A stretch of 64,000 nt of DNA from Leucoraja erinacea (taxonomy: Eukaryota): contig NC_073379.1 in assembly GCF_028641065.1 (NCBI RefSeq), forward strand, positions 65,410,001 through 65,474,000, given 5' to 3'. Below are positions 49,715 through 63,074 of this stretch, piece by piece. The notes beneath the pieces are model-generated. The model had not been told where the DNA came from. It did not search any database and saw only the letters and a list, made by a program, of their open reading frames with translations. The translations under genes were made by a program, and so were the position numbers. Numbering within the stretch: the first letter of the stretch is position 1; the number at the start of each line of letters is the position of its first letter.

Positions 49715-50560
49715 GAGGCGCTGCACTGGCAGCAGCCTCTACCTACAGCCTGTATGTAATTTCTATCTTTTTTATTATTTTTAGTTAGTCTAAAGTCTGT
49801 TTTAGGGGGAAACTTTTACTTTTCTATGTGGGGGAGGGGGACAGGGTAAGTGGGAAACCGTCTTCAAGTCTCTTCCTGGCGGGGACGCGACTATTTATCC
49901 GAGTTGCGTCCTCGCCCCCCTCCTCGCGGCCTACCAGCTGGATCGGAGCGGCCTTTCCTGCCGGGGACCGAGTACCGGACCAGGGCTGCTACAGCGGCGG
50001 CGCAGCGCTGGAGTCACCTCGGAGCGGGCGATGCCTACCTGGGTCGCCGTTTGGAGCTCCGGAGCGTTGGGCCGTTGCTCCAACATCGTGGAGCTCTGGT
50101 GCAGAGAGCTTCCAACGCGGGCGGCGCTGAACAACATCGTGGTCCTGGGGCGCCTTGCAGAGGGCCTACAGCAGCAGTTTCCACCCAGCGCGGCCTGCGG
50201 ACTTTGGAGGCCACCGACTCCGGTAGGAGAGGGCCGACTCTGGTGTCCACGCCGCTGACGACGTCCCGCAGCCCCGACGTCGGACTGGTACCATCCCGGC
50301 GAGCGGTCCTGGACATCGGGCCGCCCGTAGCTGCAACTGCGGAGGGTTTGGGGAGACCCTAACCACGGGGAACCGTGGAGGAAGAAGACTGACTTTGGTG
50401 CCTTCCCACACAGTGGGAAACTTTGGTTCTGCTGTGTGGGGATGTTTTGTGTTGAATTCTATAGTGTGTTGAGTCCTGTTTATTTTTATTGTATGGCTGT
50501 ATGGGAATTCATTTCACTGTGCCCGTGACAATTAAATTTATCTTGTATCTTGTATCTTGT
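49715..50560 (+). mobile_element. CpG-rich non-autonomous retroelement with (TCTTGTA)n tail
   Basis: Head ggcgctgcactggcagcagcc, GC-rich body, tail gtgacaattaaattta(tcttgta)3; ends are shared with 2062-3770. Confidence 0.75.
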
Positions 50561-50565
50561 AAGAA

Positions 50566-50815
50566 AGGATCAAGCCGCCAAGCTTTGACATTCGATGGCA
50601 TTGCCATTGCTGATTCTCCCATTATAGAAACATAGAAATTAGGTGCAGGAGTAGGCCATTCATCCCTTCGAGCCTGCACCGCCATTCAATAGGATCAAGC
50701 CGCCCAGCTTTGACATTCGATGGCATTGCCATTGCTGATTCCCCCATTATAGAAACATAGAAATTAGGTGCAGGAGCAGGCCATTCGGCCCTTCGAGCCT
50801 GCACCGCCATTCGAT
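50566..50815. repeat. 125-bp tandem duplication including a CR1 3' tail
   Basis: aggatcaagccgcc...gcaccgccattc.at occurs at 50566 and 50691. Confidence 0.9.
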
Positions 50816-51894
50816 ATGGATGTTCAGTGCCAACAACTCACAAACAGCTCAACACGAGCCAGGACCAAAACAGCTCACTTCACTGGCATTTCGCCAATCC
50901 ACCTAAACTTTTGTTCCACCATTGACACACCATTAGTACACAGTGTGTACTTTCTACAAATGCACTGCAGGGAATCATCCAATTTACACCTCCCAGACAA
51001 CCTCTACCACCAAGGAGGACAAGGGCATTAGTGGATGAGAGCACCACCACATGCAGATTCCTCTCCAAATCAAGCATCACCCTGACTTCGAAATCATTGC
51101 TAGTTCTAAATTCTGGGACCTCTTCAGCATTGTGAGAGTACATTCACCAGAATGCAGCACACTAACACATCCTTCAGCAATATAGCCGACAAATTGGTGG
51201 ACTATTTGCAATAGCTGGACCTAGATCAAATGGCACTGCCTTACCTCACAAAGTCAGTGCTTGAACAGCCTTCTTCAACAAAGCAGTTTAAAGTCTTCCT
51301 TGGTGGTCCACTTCTCCCCTGCTCGTTTGAGAAGCTGTTTTGTCGCCCTAATGCCAATATTGACGCGAGAGTGACACCTGTTACAATGCCATGTAAGTGA
51401 ATGCAAGAGTAGTGCTGGATTTTAGTACCGTGTGAAGGAGTTCCAAAGTGACTTTAGGCATTTTTCTGCAATGGTGTAATCAGGTAGAACATGTCCGGCT
51501 CTGCTGGCTATTTACTTTCTAACTGATTGGCAACAGCTCTTCGCGTATCGATGTTGCTATCCCAGCAGGGATGTAGAAGCAGATAATACTGGGAACATCC
51601 AAATTTCCAGCATCAATTAAAAAAAATCTGAGCATGCACAAGCTGTTGACATTTGATGACTCTAAATAACCATTGGTCATCATGCCAGTCATTCAGCACA
51701 TTTTGTTTATGCACAGAGGATTCTCAGTGGACAAGTATCTCAAGATTGGAATAACATGGAAGAATGCATGGTTCTAATAGGAAATGGTAAGCAAACTACA
51801 AGTAGCGGTGCAATCCAATCCCAATTTATAATATTTTGCCTAAAAAAGTGTAAACAGGCAAAGAATGTTAATAATTAGTTTACATGCAGTTTTA

Positions 51895-52152
51895 ATTTTC
51901 AGTTTTTAAGAGATACAGCGTGGAAACTTGTCCTTCGGCCCACCAACGATCACCCATACGCTAGTTCTATCCGACACACTGAGGACAATTTACAGCTGCC
52001 AATTAAACTACAAACCCGCACGTCTTTGGAACATGGGAATAAACTAGAGCAACCGGAGAAAACCCACACGGTCATACTCCATACAAACTGCACCCGTAGT
52101 CAGGAGCAAACCTGGGTCTCTGACGCCATAAGGCAGCAACTCTACCACTGTG
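51895..52152 (-). mobile_element. tRNA-derived SINE
   Basis: Reverse complement of the local SINE family (gccaattaaactacaaacc..cacgtctttgg; aggcagcaactctaccactgtgc). Confidence 0.8.
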
Positions 52153-53204
52153 CAATCCATATAACATTCAAGTAACAGAAACTAATTTCCTCATGTGATA
52201 TACTGTCAGTGATCATTTTTCCACTAATTTCAATTTCTGATCTCTATGTAGATCATAATAACTGCGAGAAAGAATAACCTAATTCACCACTGAGGCAAGG
52301 GATTTATATGATTAACGTGGTCAATAAATACTACACGACCTTTGACAATAGGATGTGTTTATTCTGTAAATTACCCCTGTTTGGAGAGTTCTAGTTCTCA
52401 CTTTAACTCATATGGGAATGGAAATTAAGGTGCGTAACATTGTACTAAAAGTGTTCAGTGGAACACTGTTTCAATTGCTATTAGCCCTGCAAAGACATTT
52501 TTTTCTGTCAGTTGGGTAGTTTCTTCAGACTCCCTCATTAAAAAAAACTCATTTGTCACTGATACTGGGGAAATACATGTTTGTTTTAGCTGAGAGTTAA
52601 ACAAGGTTTGACGCCTCAGCTGTGAAAGAGAGGAAACCTAATCCGGGATCTGTTTACTTAGCAAACTATTCAATTTCAAATTTATCTAATGAGAAACAAA
52701 CAAAGAAAATATGAGGATAATTTGAATCCAGAAAGGTTTCTTACAAGATCTGGAAATATGATTAAAGGCTTGTGTGATCTTAAAGTATTTTGGGAAACAT
52801 AATATAGTGGTGAGCTGTTTCCACTGTTTCCAAGGTTCTTTAGTAACTTGTCAGTTTCTTTGTTGAATTAAATTAAGGCGCATGTTGCAATCAGAACGCT
52901 TGAACAATTTCAAACATTCCGATCCCGATCTTCTCCCAGCATCAGAACCATTTAATGGTAACTCGTGCTGGTTATCTAATAATGCTAAAGTTACTGATAA
53001 AACTTGACAAAATACTTTAACTAATAAAAACAAATTACATTTTCATGTTTCATAAACCACCATAGAAGGCCATTCAGCTTTTTAAATCTATGCTGGCTCT
53101 AGGAGCAATTTCAGCTTTCTCTTAAACCAACTTATTTCCTGGTAACCTCTTCTCTCTTATTTCCCATCTTGTCCCCCCCCATTCTCCTGCTACAGACCTT
53201 CACA

Positions 53205-53415
53205 ATGGAGTAATTTACAGCAATCATTTATCCAACTAACCAGCACGTTTTTAGCAAGTGGGAGGAAACAAGAGCACCCACAGGAAACCCATGAAGTCAA
53301 TGGATAAACATATAAACTCTGCACAAGCATTCCCCAAGGTCAGGATCAATCCTGGTTCACTGGAGCTGTGAGGGTACCACCATCCTGTACCACCCTGCTC
53401 TGCCACTATGCCACC
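53205..53415 (-). mobile_element. Older tRNA-derived SINE
   Basis: gtgggaggaaac..gagcaccca, caggatcaatcctgg, gccactatgccacc. Confidence 0.6.
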
Positions 53416-54669
53416 TTAGCAAAAGTCAGCCAAACTAAAATTTAATGTAGTAATCCACCTACAAAATGAAAACGTGCAAATGATAAATAATCTCCTGATC
53501 TGCATTGCCACTCTGCAATGATGTTCACTGTGGTTTAATTTGAACGCTTGTAAATATTCAGAATCTTAACAATTTTGACTGCAAGTAAACATGAAGGCCT
53601 GGCTTCATCAACTGTCAAAGCATTCATGGGAAGGCTTGCACTCAACCTCTTATCTACAATTTCAATAACCAAGATGCTGCTCAAATATACTTCCAGGTAA
53701 AAGCAAACATAGTGGGTGGAAGACCACTGGGTGCAGATGGCTCCAGTGCCCCAGGTTAAACTCCACAATTTTATTTAAGGGAAGTTCGTTTAGAATAAGT
53801 TAGTTTATTTTCTTCCTTTTGAGAATTCTTCCTTTTGTGAATTCTCCAGCTTCAAAATAGTTAACCACATTAGGGTTCATTAACTTGTTGCTAGTTGATA
53901 TTTCATACTTGTGGCTAGTTGATATTTAAGGCTAGTTGATGCCTTAGTATTTGTGGCATGCACAATAATTTGAGACACTTCTTTAATTATGTCATTTTGA
54001 TGCCCTCACAAACTTCAGTAAATTTATGAAATAAATCTCTATCAGATCATGAGCAGACTTCAATTACCAAACAATTCAATCAGCCATCCATTTTTTCTAA
54101 CTTTCAGTGCGTGGGTTCCTCTAATCCATGTTTACTTTCTAGATCAGATGATTATATCAATCTGGATATTTTCTCATCAGTTTTGCCAGTTATTCTCCTT
54201 CAATTACATTGCATTTTTGAGACGATAGAACCATATTTTTTCCATTAGCAATGACATCCTCAAATATACAGTCAATTGATTGAAATCAACAATGGAGTAA
54301 AGCAAATTCCAAGTATGATATGAGAAAATAGAACAAAGATATACTACAGATGCATATATGAGGTCTCATTGTTTTTGGCATTGCAATAACACACTTGATT
54401 GTGCCAATTGTACTGCACCAGAACCAGCTCGGACTTGAATGTACATATCTGTAATTCATATCTGACAATCCATTGTTCCATCTTAATAAAATGAAGTCTA
54501 GCACAACTGGAAAATAATGTTAATTCTTTTTACCAGTTATATAAACTGGTAATTAATCATTGCAAAAAAGCTCTGCAATCAGTCACATGTAAACTACATT
54601 CAATTCATGCCACCTGCTGAACTGCAGTAATAAACACACCACATAAGACACATGACGTAAGCTTCTTAC

Positions 54670-54795
54670 CTTCACATTTCTGCGATACTTCACTCTGTTT
54701 GTGACCCGCAGGACATTTGCACTCATAGGACCCAACAGTGTTGATACAGTTTCCACCTTGGCACATGCCTGGGATGGCCTGACATTCATCAACAT
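54670..54795 (-). CDS. FBN2: Fibrillin (FBN2/FBN3 clade) coding exon, calcium-binding EGF domain (cbEGF1)
   Basis: 126-bp exon bounded by ttccag| and |gtaag. Translates as (D)[41 protein letters not shown], nearly identical to the recalled vertebrate fibrillin cbEGF1. Phase 1-1. FBN2 versus FBN3 orthology is not resolved. Confidence 0.95.
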
Positions 54796-55214
54796 CTGGA
54801 AGAAAGCAACACTTCTGTTAAGTAAACTGAAAATCAGTCAAACTCCAAATACTAGTTGCATCTGTCTTCAGTAAACATTGCTAACAAGCAAACCAGCTGC
54901 CCAGTCAAAACTAAAAAAAAAGTGTAAAGTGTCTTATGTGAGATTATCAAACTGCAGGACTTCTCTAGGATTTTGTCTCAACAGCTTTTGGAACTGTTTC
55001 AAGTTTAACATTAATAGAACTTTTCAATTAATGTACAAAATGATTTATGTAAAGTGTGCTTTGCTTCCATTTTAGGATAAAGTACACCCTTTTGTGGAAA
55101 TCCTACACCATTCATAATGTTTTCCATCTTTTCAAATATACCCATCACTAACATGCCTTTTCTAATTGGCATCCAATACTTTGAGTGCTTCTTTGCACGC
55201 AATGTACGAAGAAT

Positions 55215-56575
55215 ATAGTTTAGCTTAGTTTATTGTCACGTTTTCCGAGGTACAGTGACAAGCTGTTTTTGTGGCGTGCTATCCAGTTAGCAGAAAGACT
55301 ATACATGATTACAATCAAGCTGCCCACAGTGTACAGATACAGGATAAAAGGAGTAATGTTTAGGGCAAGAAGTCCAGCAAAGTCCGATTAAAGATAATCT
55401 GAGGGTCTCCAAATGAGGTAGATAGGAGGTCAGGACCACTCTCTAGTGCATGATAAGATGGTTCAGTTGCCTGATAACAGCTGGGAATAAACTGTACCTG
55501 AATCTGGAGGTATGTATTTTCAAACTTCTGTACCTCTTGCCTAATGGGAGAGGGGAGAAGAGGGAGAAGACGTCCTTGATTATGTTGGTAGTCATGCTGA
55601 GGCAGCAAGAGTAGATGGAGTTCATGGAAGAGAGGCTGGTTTGCATGATGGTCAGGTCTGTGTCCACAATTATCTGCAATTTATTGCTGTCTTGGATGAA
55701 ACTGTTCACAATATGCTGTGATGCATCCGATAATTTTGCAGCGCATCTGTAGAGATGTTGTTGGGGACATGTCAAACTTCCTAAGCCTTCTAAGGAAGTG
55801 GAGGCATTTGGGTGCTTTCTTGGCCATTGCTTCAATATAGCTGGTCCACGACAAATTGCTGGTGATATTTACTCTGATTAACTTGAAGCTGTGAAATTAT
55901 GTCGATAAAACCAAAAGACTCAACACATCTTCGGAAATTTCCCTTTAAAATAGCTACAGAAAAATTCAAATATTTGGGAATTGAAATTACTAGAAATTAC
56001 CAGGATATGTTTAAAGCCAATTATAATCCCTTACTTAAGAAATTGAATAATCTGATTAAATTCTGGAAAACACTTCCGATGTCCTTAATAGGCAGAATAA
56101 ATGCTATTAAAATGGTTTTCTTACCACAAATTCTATACCTATTTCAATCAATACCTATATATCTCCCAAAAAAGTTTTTCAAAAAATTGGACTAGTTGAC
56201 AAAAAAAAACAAAAAAACTTGAAGCTTTCGGCAAAACCAATCTTCAGCGAAACCAATGGGGTACGTGTACCGTTTCGCTTCCTAAAGTCGATTACAATCT
56301 ATTTTGTCTTGTTGACTGAGGGAAATCTTGTCATCATGACACCAGGTTATGAGGTTCTCAATCTCCTTCCTATATCTATCTTGTCATTATTTGATATCCA
56401 GCCCACTGTGGTGGTGTTGTCTGTGAATTTCTATATGTATTGTTGGATTTGTATTAGGCTGCACAGTCATGTGTGTACAAGGAGTAAAGAAGGGGCTGAG
56501 AATGCATCATTGCAGGGCACCAGTGTTGAGGATTATCATAGAGGATGATTTGTTACCTATCCTCACTGATTGTGG
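55215..56575 (-). mobile_element. L2/Rex-Babar-clade LINE, degenerate, split by an L1 insertion
   Basis: Encodes FSPLPLGKRYRSLKIHTSRFRYSLFPAVIRQLN; 3' tail gtgacaataaactaagctaaacta; RT-like remnants to ~56575. Confidence 0.8.
55891..56215 (+). mobile_element. Short L1 insertion: internal ORF2 segment plus poly(A)
   Basis: Encodes FKYLGIEIT...NYNPLL...WKTLPMSLIGRINAIKMVFLPQILYLFQSIP. A-tail at 56201-56217. TSD aacttgaagct at 55880-55890 and 56216-56226. Confidence 0.88.
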
Positions 56576-59500
56576 TATAAGCAATGAGTCTCTTGGTTTG
56601 TTGAATCAATCCAAACCTCTGTGTTTCCTCCAGAGCCCACAGATCATCACTAATTTGATATTTAACTTCACGTCACTTGGATACATCACCTTGGTGTGCA
56701 GTAAACTGATGATGCACCAATCAAATCCTTTCATTCTGCAAAAGACTCCATGTAACACTTTTCAGGTTCTGATGTGTGAAAAATCTGCTGCAGCAAAATT
56801 GAAGGTGGTGTCTCCACCAACGGGTCAAGCTTTGAACCAGCTACAATAATGCACCACAGAAATCAACTAGAGGGTACTGTCGCTTGTTTGCCGGTGGTGG
56901 GGGGGTGGGCACGGCGGGGGGGGGTGCATGCGTTCCTTCCAGTAACCCATACCTTGCTACGCAGTAGATTGTCGAGTTTCAAAATGCTTTGACGCCGCTG
57001 TACCTTTGAAGTGTGCTCCTCCATGCGCACCGTTGCAACATCTCTTAGTCAACTAGTGAAGTGTGGGCCCGTTCCTTGTGGCACACATCGAAGTGTGGCT
57101 CAAACGCTGGGAGAATGGTCCACGTACGTCCGTGCAATTGATCGAGCAGGACCATTTCGCACAGTTCTACACACAAAACCGCTATCCATCCGGCGGGGGG
57201 TCTTGGGTGGTTTGGGGGCCCTTTGTGGTCGTTTTACGACATGTGTCAGAAGTAAAGGTAATTGACAGCGAACGCTGGGGGGGGGCAGGTGCGCTAGAGA
57301 TGTTATGCGGGCTACTCAAACCATCAACCGGAAGAGGGATAGAGTGTGATGCAATAGCGTACAAAGGTGCGCTAATACACGATTACTCGAAAGGACACGG
57401 CAACGAGCCAATATTGAGTATTGAAGGGAACGGAGCGAGCAGAGCGCGAGAAGAGTCGCCGCGGGGAGATGGCGACAGACAGAAGAACGAAATAGAGAAT
57501 GGGGGGCAACAGTGGGGTGGCAAAAAAAATTAGAAGAGTCAGGGATCAACGTTAGATAGGTGAGGCTCGGAGTGATGATTAGAGATAGGCTGCATTCGGC
57601 AACCATACACAAATGTGAAGCGGCAAAGGACCAGGCGGGTTAAGGCGAAGTTGACTCTGGAGGGACTCTGAACCCGGAGTAAAACGAAAAGGAATTGTGA
57701 GTACATGGTCCAGCACGCCGCCGGTCCACCCAAAAATCAGACGGCTAAGACTCAAAGCAAGCACCCCGGCTTCTACGGGCCTAGAAGTGAAACGCATGTA
57801 AAAAAAAGGATCGATCTATCGAACGCACCTCGGAACACAAAGCACGGTTAAGGCTCCTCCGCGGCCGAGCGACGAGGGCCCAGAAGAGCGAGAGCGCGAC
57901 GCATCAAGGGACCCCGGCGGCGCGGTCACGACTGGGCCACGAAGCACCCACGACCGGAGTACACATGTCCCCAGTATGGCAGTTCCTTTTCACCAAGATG
58001 ACCCAGTAACAACGGGCTTTCGGCCCAAGTCCGCCCGCAGATGGCAACTCTCAGTCACGGCCTTTCGGAGGTCGTTCTCCGCTGAAACGGGCCCGCTGAG
58101 CAGCAGCCAGGCGAACCGACTAGGGCCACCAGCGATCGAAGGCCGAAGTACACTGCTCTCGTATTGGGACGCGCGCGCGAAACGTGGAATGGGTAGGAGT
58201 CATCGGGAAGCAAGCGCAAGGAAGAACCAAATAGAATCACGATAAAGGCAAGTAGTAGATGTGATTAAGAGGAAAAAGGTGGGAGATCGTACAGGTGAGC
58301 AGTACCCACAGGTGAACTAGAGGAAAAAAAAAAGGGCGCGAAGTTGCGTCGTGTCAGAGGGGGACTCAACTAAGGAGCTGCTAGGTGGTTTTGTTGTTGG
58401 TGGTGAGGGATGGTGTTGGTGTAAAAAATGCTTGCAATGTCGCCCGGGGCTGTTGTTGGCCACTTCAAGGGCCCTTTATATGGCAGGGCGAGATCTAATG
58501 GGGGCTTACCACCAGTTGCAAGTACTTGAGCCATGGTGATGGCCGTCGCACCAGAAGGGGGAGGGGGTGGACTGGGAGGTTGGGACAGGGGGGGTTAAAG
58601 AAGAAAGGGCGGGAAGTACAGAGGGAACTCAAAAGGGAGAAAAGACAAAAAAGACAGTCTACTTCATTGAGCAGCACAGGACGGAGAGGATGCGAAGGTA
58701 ATAGCGTACCATTAACGGTGGAGCAGACCGGTGAGGAACCAAGATGTGGCCTGCGAGCATGAGAACGTAATAACAAACAGCCACAAAACCAAGCTGAAAC
58801 GTAACTAATTCCAAACGCTCAACAAATCGTCAGACATTACTGCAGGCGTGGGCCTTAAATTAGAAGAACAGCAGACATAGGAGTGGTTCAGTGTCGCGGT
58901 AAAGAGGGGGGGAAGCAAAAGCACACCACACACACACACACCGTGTATAATGGTATATGCTTCGAGAAATGTTAATCATGACTTTGACACGTTAACTTGC
59001 CCGGGGGTGGTGGGGGGGGGGGGGGTACCATGCTCTTGAGGGGATCTTAATCTTGGGGAAAATTAAGCCAGTGGTAAACACTGACGGGTTTAATTATAGC
59101 ATGTTTAAAGTAGCTAGTTTCTAGCGTCAGGGTAACACCCCAACAGGAAAGTGCTGACTTTCGCTCTTTTAGCCGAACTGTTACAATCTGATTTCAATAT
59201 AATGCCTAGATGTCTTGAATCATAGCTCGCCTTAATAAATGCTATGCTGTATTACTTTGCCATATTTTGCATCAAAGTGTATGGTTTATAAACGACTGGG
59301 CTGCTCAATAGGTTACTCCTTCCGGTTCTAACCCAAAAGTGAAGACAAAAATCTCTTAAAAATTTTATCAATAATTCAGTTTCAGAAACAGTTCGAGCAA
59401 AGGAAACAGCGTGCTTAGAATTGGGAGGCAGATCGTGGGTCGCACGGATAAATTATGCTCCGAAAGTCTGAAAGAAGAAGACACTTTGGCGCATTCTAGA

Positions 59501-60171
59501 CTGCAAAAGATGACCCCCTTCTGGGCCTGTTGGTGATAAAATATGATGCTTTCCTTCACGGCTTGCTCATAGCCACGGATTCAGGGTACCTTCATTGTCT
59601 GCAGTGATAAAATTAATTGAAGATAGAGCCCAACGCTTACCTCGCCCCTGCCAGTTTAACTGACATTTTCAGACACCAATGCAATGAACAATCAGTCAAT
59701 AGTAACATCATCTGTTTATCACTTCGTGCATGTTCTCATTTTTAAATATTTCACCCTGCACTTTCAATTATCACCAAATAAAGAGATAATGTTGAGTGAT
59801 CCAATCTGCGGATGTGAGTCTAAGGATATTGCCCGTACTTACCACCGTTCCCGCAGTGTGTGTATTGATAGATTCGTTGGACATGCTATACCAAAATTGG
59901 ACAACATAACTCTTAGTGCAGCGACCCTCCTTTGTCACGGGATATAAGACTCTCACAAATTCTGCTCGTTGGTTATCCACTGCTATGCCGCAATGCAGCT
60001 CATCCGAGATGTTCACGTACAACTGAACTGTTAATTGGCATAGTCCCAAAGCCGAGTGAAAACCCTGGAAGGAATGGATTCTCTAGCTCACCCTCAAAGT
60101 CCAGGGATTGCGTGTGCATATGTGGGGATCGCGGGGGTGGGAGGCTTTGCAGGGGATCTGAATTTTGTTAA

Positions 60172-60300
60172 TGTGTAGGAATGAATTGCAGATGCTGGTT
60201 TACACCAAAGATAAACACAAAATGTGGGAGTAACTCAATGGGTCAGGCAGCATCTTTGGAGAAAAGGAATAGTTTTGGGTCGAGGCTCTTCTTCAGGACT
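60172..60300 (-). mobile_element. Penelope terminal-repeat fragment
   Basis: gtgtagga..gaattgcagatgctggttt...gagtaactca...ggcagcatct..ggagaaaaggaa...gggtcgagg.tcttcttcag, as at 45115-45245. Confidence 0.8.
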
Positions 60301-63074
60301 TGATCAAAATGTCACTTATTTCTACATTTATCGTCTAATTTTGTTAATGTTCACTAAGGTTCCAATATAATTTTCCCAACCAGCAGAACACGGGAAAAGT
60401 ATTCGGACAACAAATTAGAAGAAGGACAATCAGCTAGCGCCCTCATTAAATGCTACGGTAAATACTTATTTAAAACTTTCCTTTTCTCCCCCAGTGATGA
60501 AAGGAATCTTTACCATGGAATGTTCCCCCTATTGTGTTTTAAGCAGGTGGAAGGTAGGTATTAGCCCTCTAAACCATCATATCTTCCACCATATTGTTCA
60601 GGGACAAGAATTCCCTGACCTCTCCTTCACCAAACCCCTCCCTCTCTCCTGCTCTGGGTAGAAACGTGACTGCTTTCAGGGATGAGAGATCTTCAGTGTT
60701 AGCAGGTTGCCACCCTTAAAAAAAAGAATTTAACGAACAGTTAGCTACTTTCATTCAAATCAACTGTTTCAATCGCCTGATTCAAGTTTAATCTCATCCA
60801 TCTTTCTTCTTAAGCATTCTGTGGTCGGAACGTGACTTGTTTCCACATCTATTCTAAGGGTGGCTGGAACCCAAAGGGACCTGCTTAGTCAGATGAACAT
60901 GGCCACTTGGCAGAGGTGGCACAGGGAAGTTAGGGAAGGTGATGTGCTCCTTCGCCACTTACATTGGACTTCTGCATGCTCCCAAGAAGGGACTAGAGGT
61001 AGCAGTGGCAATCCTGATGTTCCTTTCCCCTCCGATTTTGAACGAATCATTGCACCAGAGAAAGCCACGCGTGATGTGGTGGGGACATATTACAGTGGGA
61101 GTCACAAAAGGAGGAGAGAGTTCTATAGATACACCTTATAGACTATAGTCAACGGGCACAGGAGGGGCCAGAAAAGGGGGGGCAGGGGGAAAAAAAGGAA
61201 AAGAAAGGGGGGGGGGGGGGGAAACAACCAACCCACGCAATACAACGGCGAGACACGATATTTAATTGTCCCGCAGTGACAATGTAAGTTATCACATAAC
61301 AAAGCCTACATGACTACCGTTTCTCAATTAATCTACTGATTGGGGGGGGGGGTGGAAATAAATACACCAAGTTGTCACTGTTCATGTTCACGAGGTAAAT
61401 TAGCAAAGATACAAATTTCCTATGGGGTACTTCTAGATAGTACAGTCCGAGGTGAAGCAGCGAGGTTTGTGCACAGCTTATATCAAGATTTAATCTGCTT
61501 ACACATTGACATCATCTAATCCCCCATTCGCCTGCCTCAGTGTGAACACAGTGCAACTCAAAAACAGGTGCCCAGATAGATGCTCTGGGTTCGGTCTAAA
61601 TGAGTGGAACACACTACCGACAGGACTATACGACGCCACTGGGAGGAGTAAAAGCCGTTCAGTATCGGTAAAATGGCACTTCTAGTCCTGAGGCCTTGAA
61701 GAATTTTGTAGAGCGGTGACTTCGGCGACACTGAGAGGACAAAGATCACCGTCCACATGACCTGATTGTCATTAAATGTTTACGTAACCTTGACGAACCG
61801 CGTAATATTCAGTGCAAGTTGTTGCCCTGTTTGCCTGGTGCTTAATATAATTAGTGGATAATACTCAATGTATTAGTGAGTAGGCGGCAGACTGGCCATT
61901 AAAGAATATTCTGCGAGCTGGATAAAGTTTAGGGCTGTGAGGAGGGAAATGACGGATCCATTTACACTACTAAACATCGTGAGTGCTGGTGGTATGGGCT
62001 GCAATAGCTGAGTGAAGAACAGCGGGTCTGCGCTACTTCTATAACTCTACACGTTCAGCACACGCATCCAATAAGTAACCCAATCCTGCTGTTTTGGGCG
62101 GTAAATATACTAGCAGCCAACCAACCACCTCTGCAAACGAATAAATTAATGATTATGACACCTAGCTAACTCCACATTTCAAATGCTCCTTATAAGCCAC
62201 ATGCTCACTTGGCAGTATATTGCATACCTTACCTATGCACGATTCCGGCCAGACCATGCCCTACATTTGTGAGACACAGACTCCTCTGGCAATTTGAACC
62301 AGGAGAAGATTATGATCATTTCAGAAGAACAGTATAAACCAAGAGTCCAAATTGGATTCCCGAGACGCTCAGGAAATATAAAAAATGAACGCAACCACAG
62401 GACTGGGCAAAGATCAATTCATCTGTCAACTTATCGCTGAGCTCGTGACCAGTTCCAAGCGAGGCAGTCAAGTTCATTCGTCGTTCTTGACGATCTCACT
62501 CTATGCTAGAGCTGCGGCCATGAAACACGTCTCTAATAGCAGTAATTAGTAGACCACGAAGTTTGAACTTAAGGAGTGAGCATTCTATCTCCACGATCTT
62601 CAGAAATCGACACTTTCTGGCGACTTCGGGATGTTCAGCAACTCAGCCGTGTGGGGGGGAAGAGTCCAAGCACACCTAGACGATCAAACGCGCAACAAAA
62701 TAACAAAAGTAGTGTACCTGATCCCTGAACAGATATAAAGCAACAGTAGATAAGAAACAGGGGGCTGGGCAGGGAGGGTGGTGTCTTAGGATCATATCCG
62801 ACGCAAAAAAAGTATGTAATCGCGTTGTAAAAGCTCGAAAAAACGTTGCAGCAGAATCACGTGGAGGCTTGATAATGTTCTCCCCGGTGAAGGCCCCGAG
62901 GAATGTTCTAGGAGTACAATCCACATAAGCGCTCTGATGTAAGTCGATCAGACAATCCATACACGCTGTATAGGCTGCGGGGCCGTCATCATCCAGTCTT
63001 GGACGAGAGCCTAGTTACCTGTTCCGATAAATATACAATATAGCAACGATCCGACGGTGTTCCTAACGAATGAA

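Noticed and set aside
49828-50411. Overlapping GC-rich ORFs or a CpG-island promoter of a nested gene
   Set aside because: They lie within a dispersed repeat with homologous ends elsewhere in the window; no protein motif.
62225-62335. Possible garbled fibrillin exon (minus strand tgccag...agggcatgg...ag|gtaag)
   Set aside because: Far too short between motifs and lacks the Cys pattern of the expected hybrid-domain exon. The donor-like site near 59637 was rejected for the same reason.
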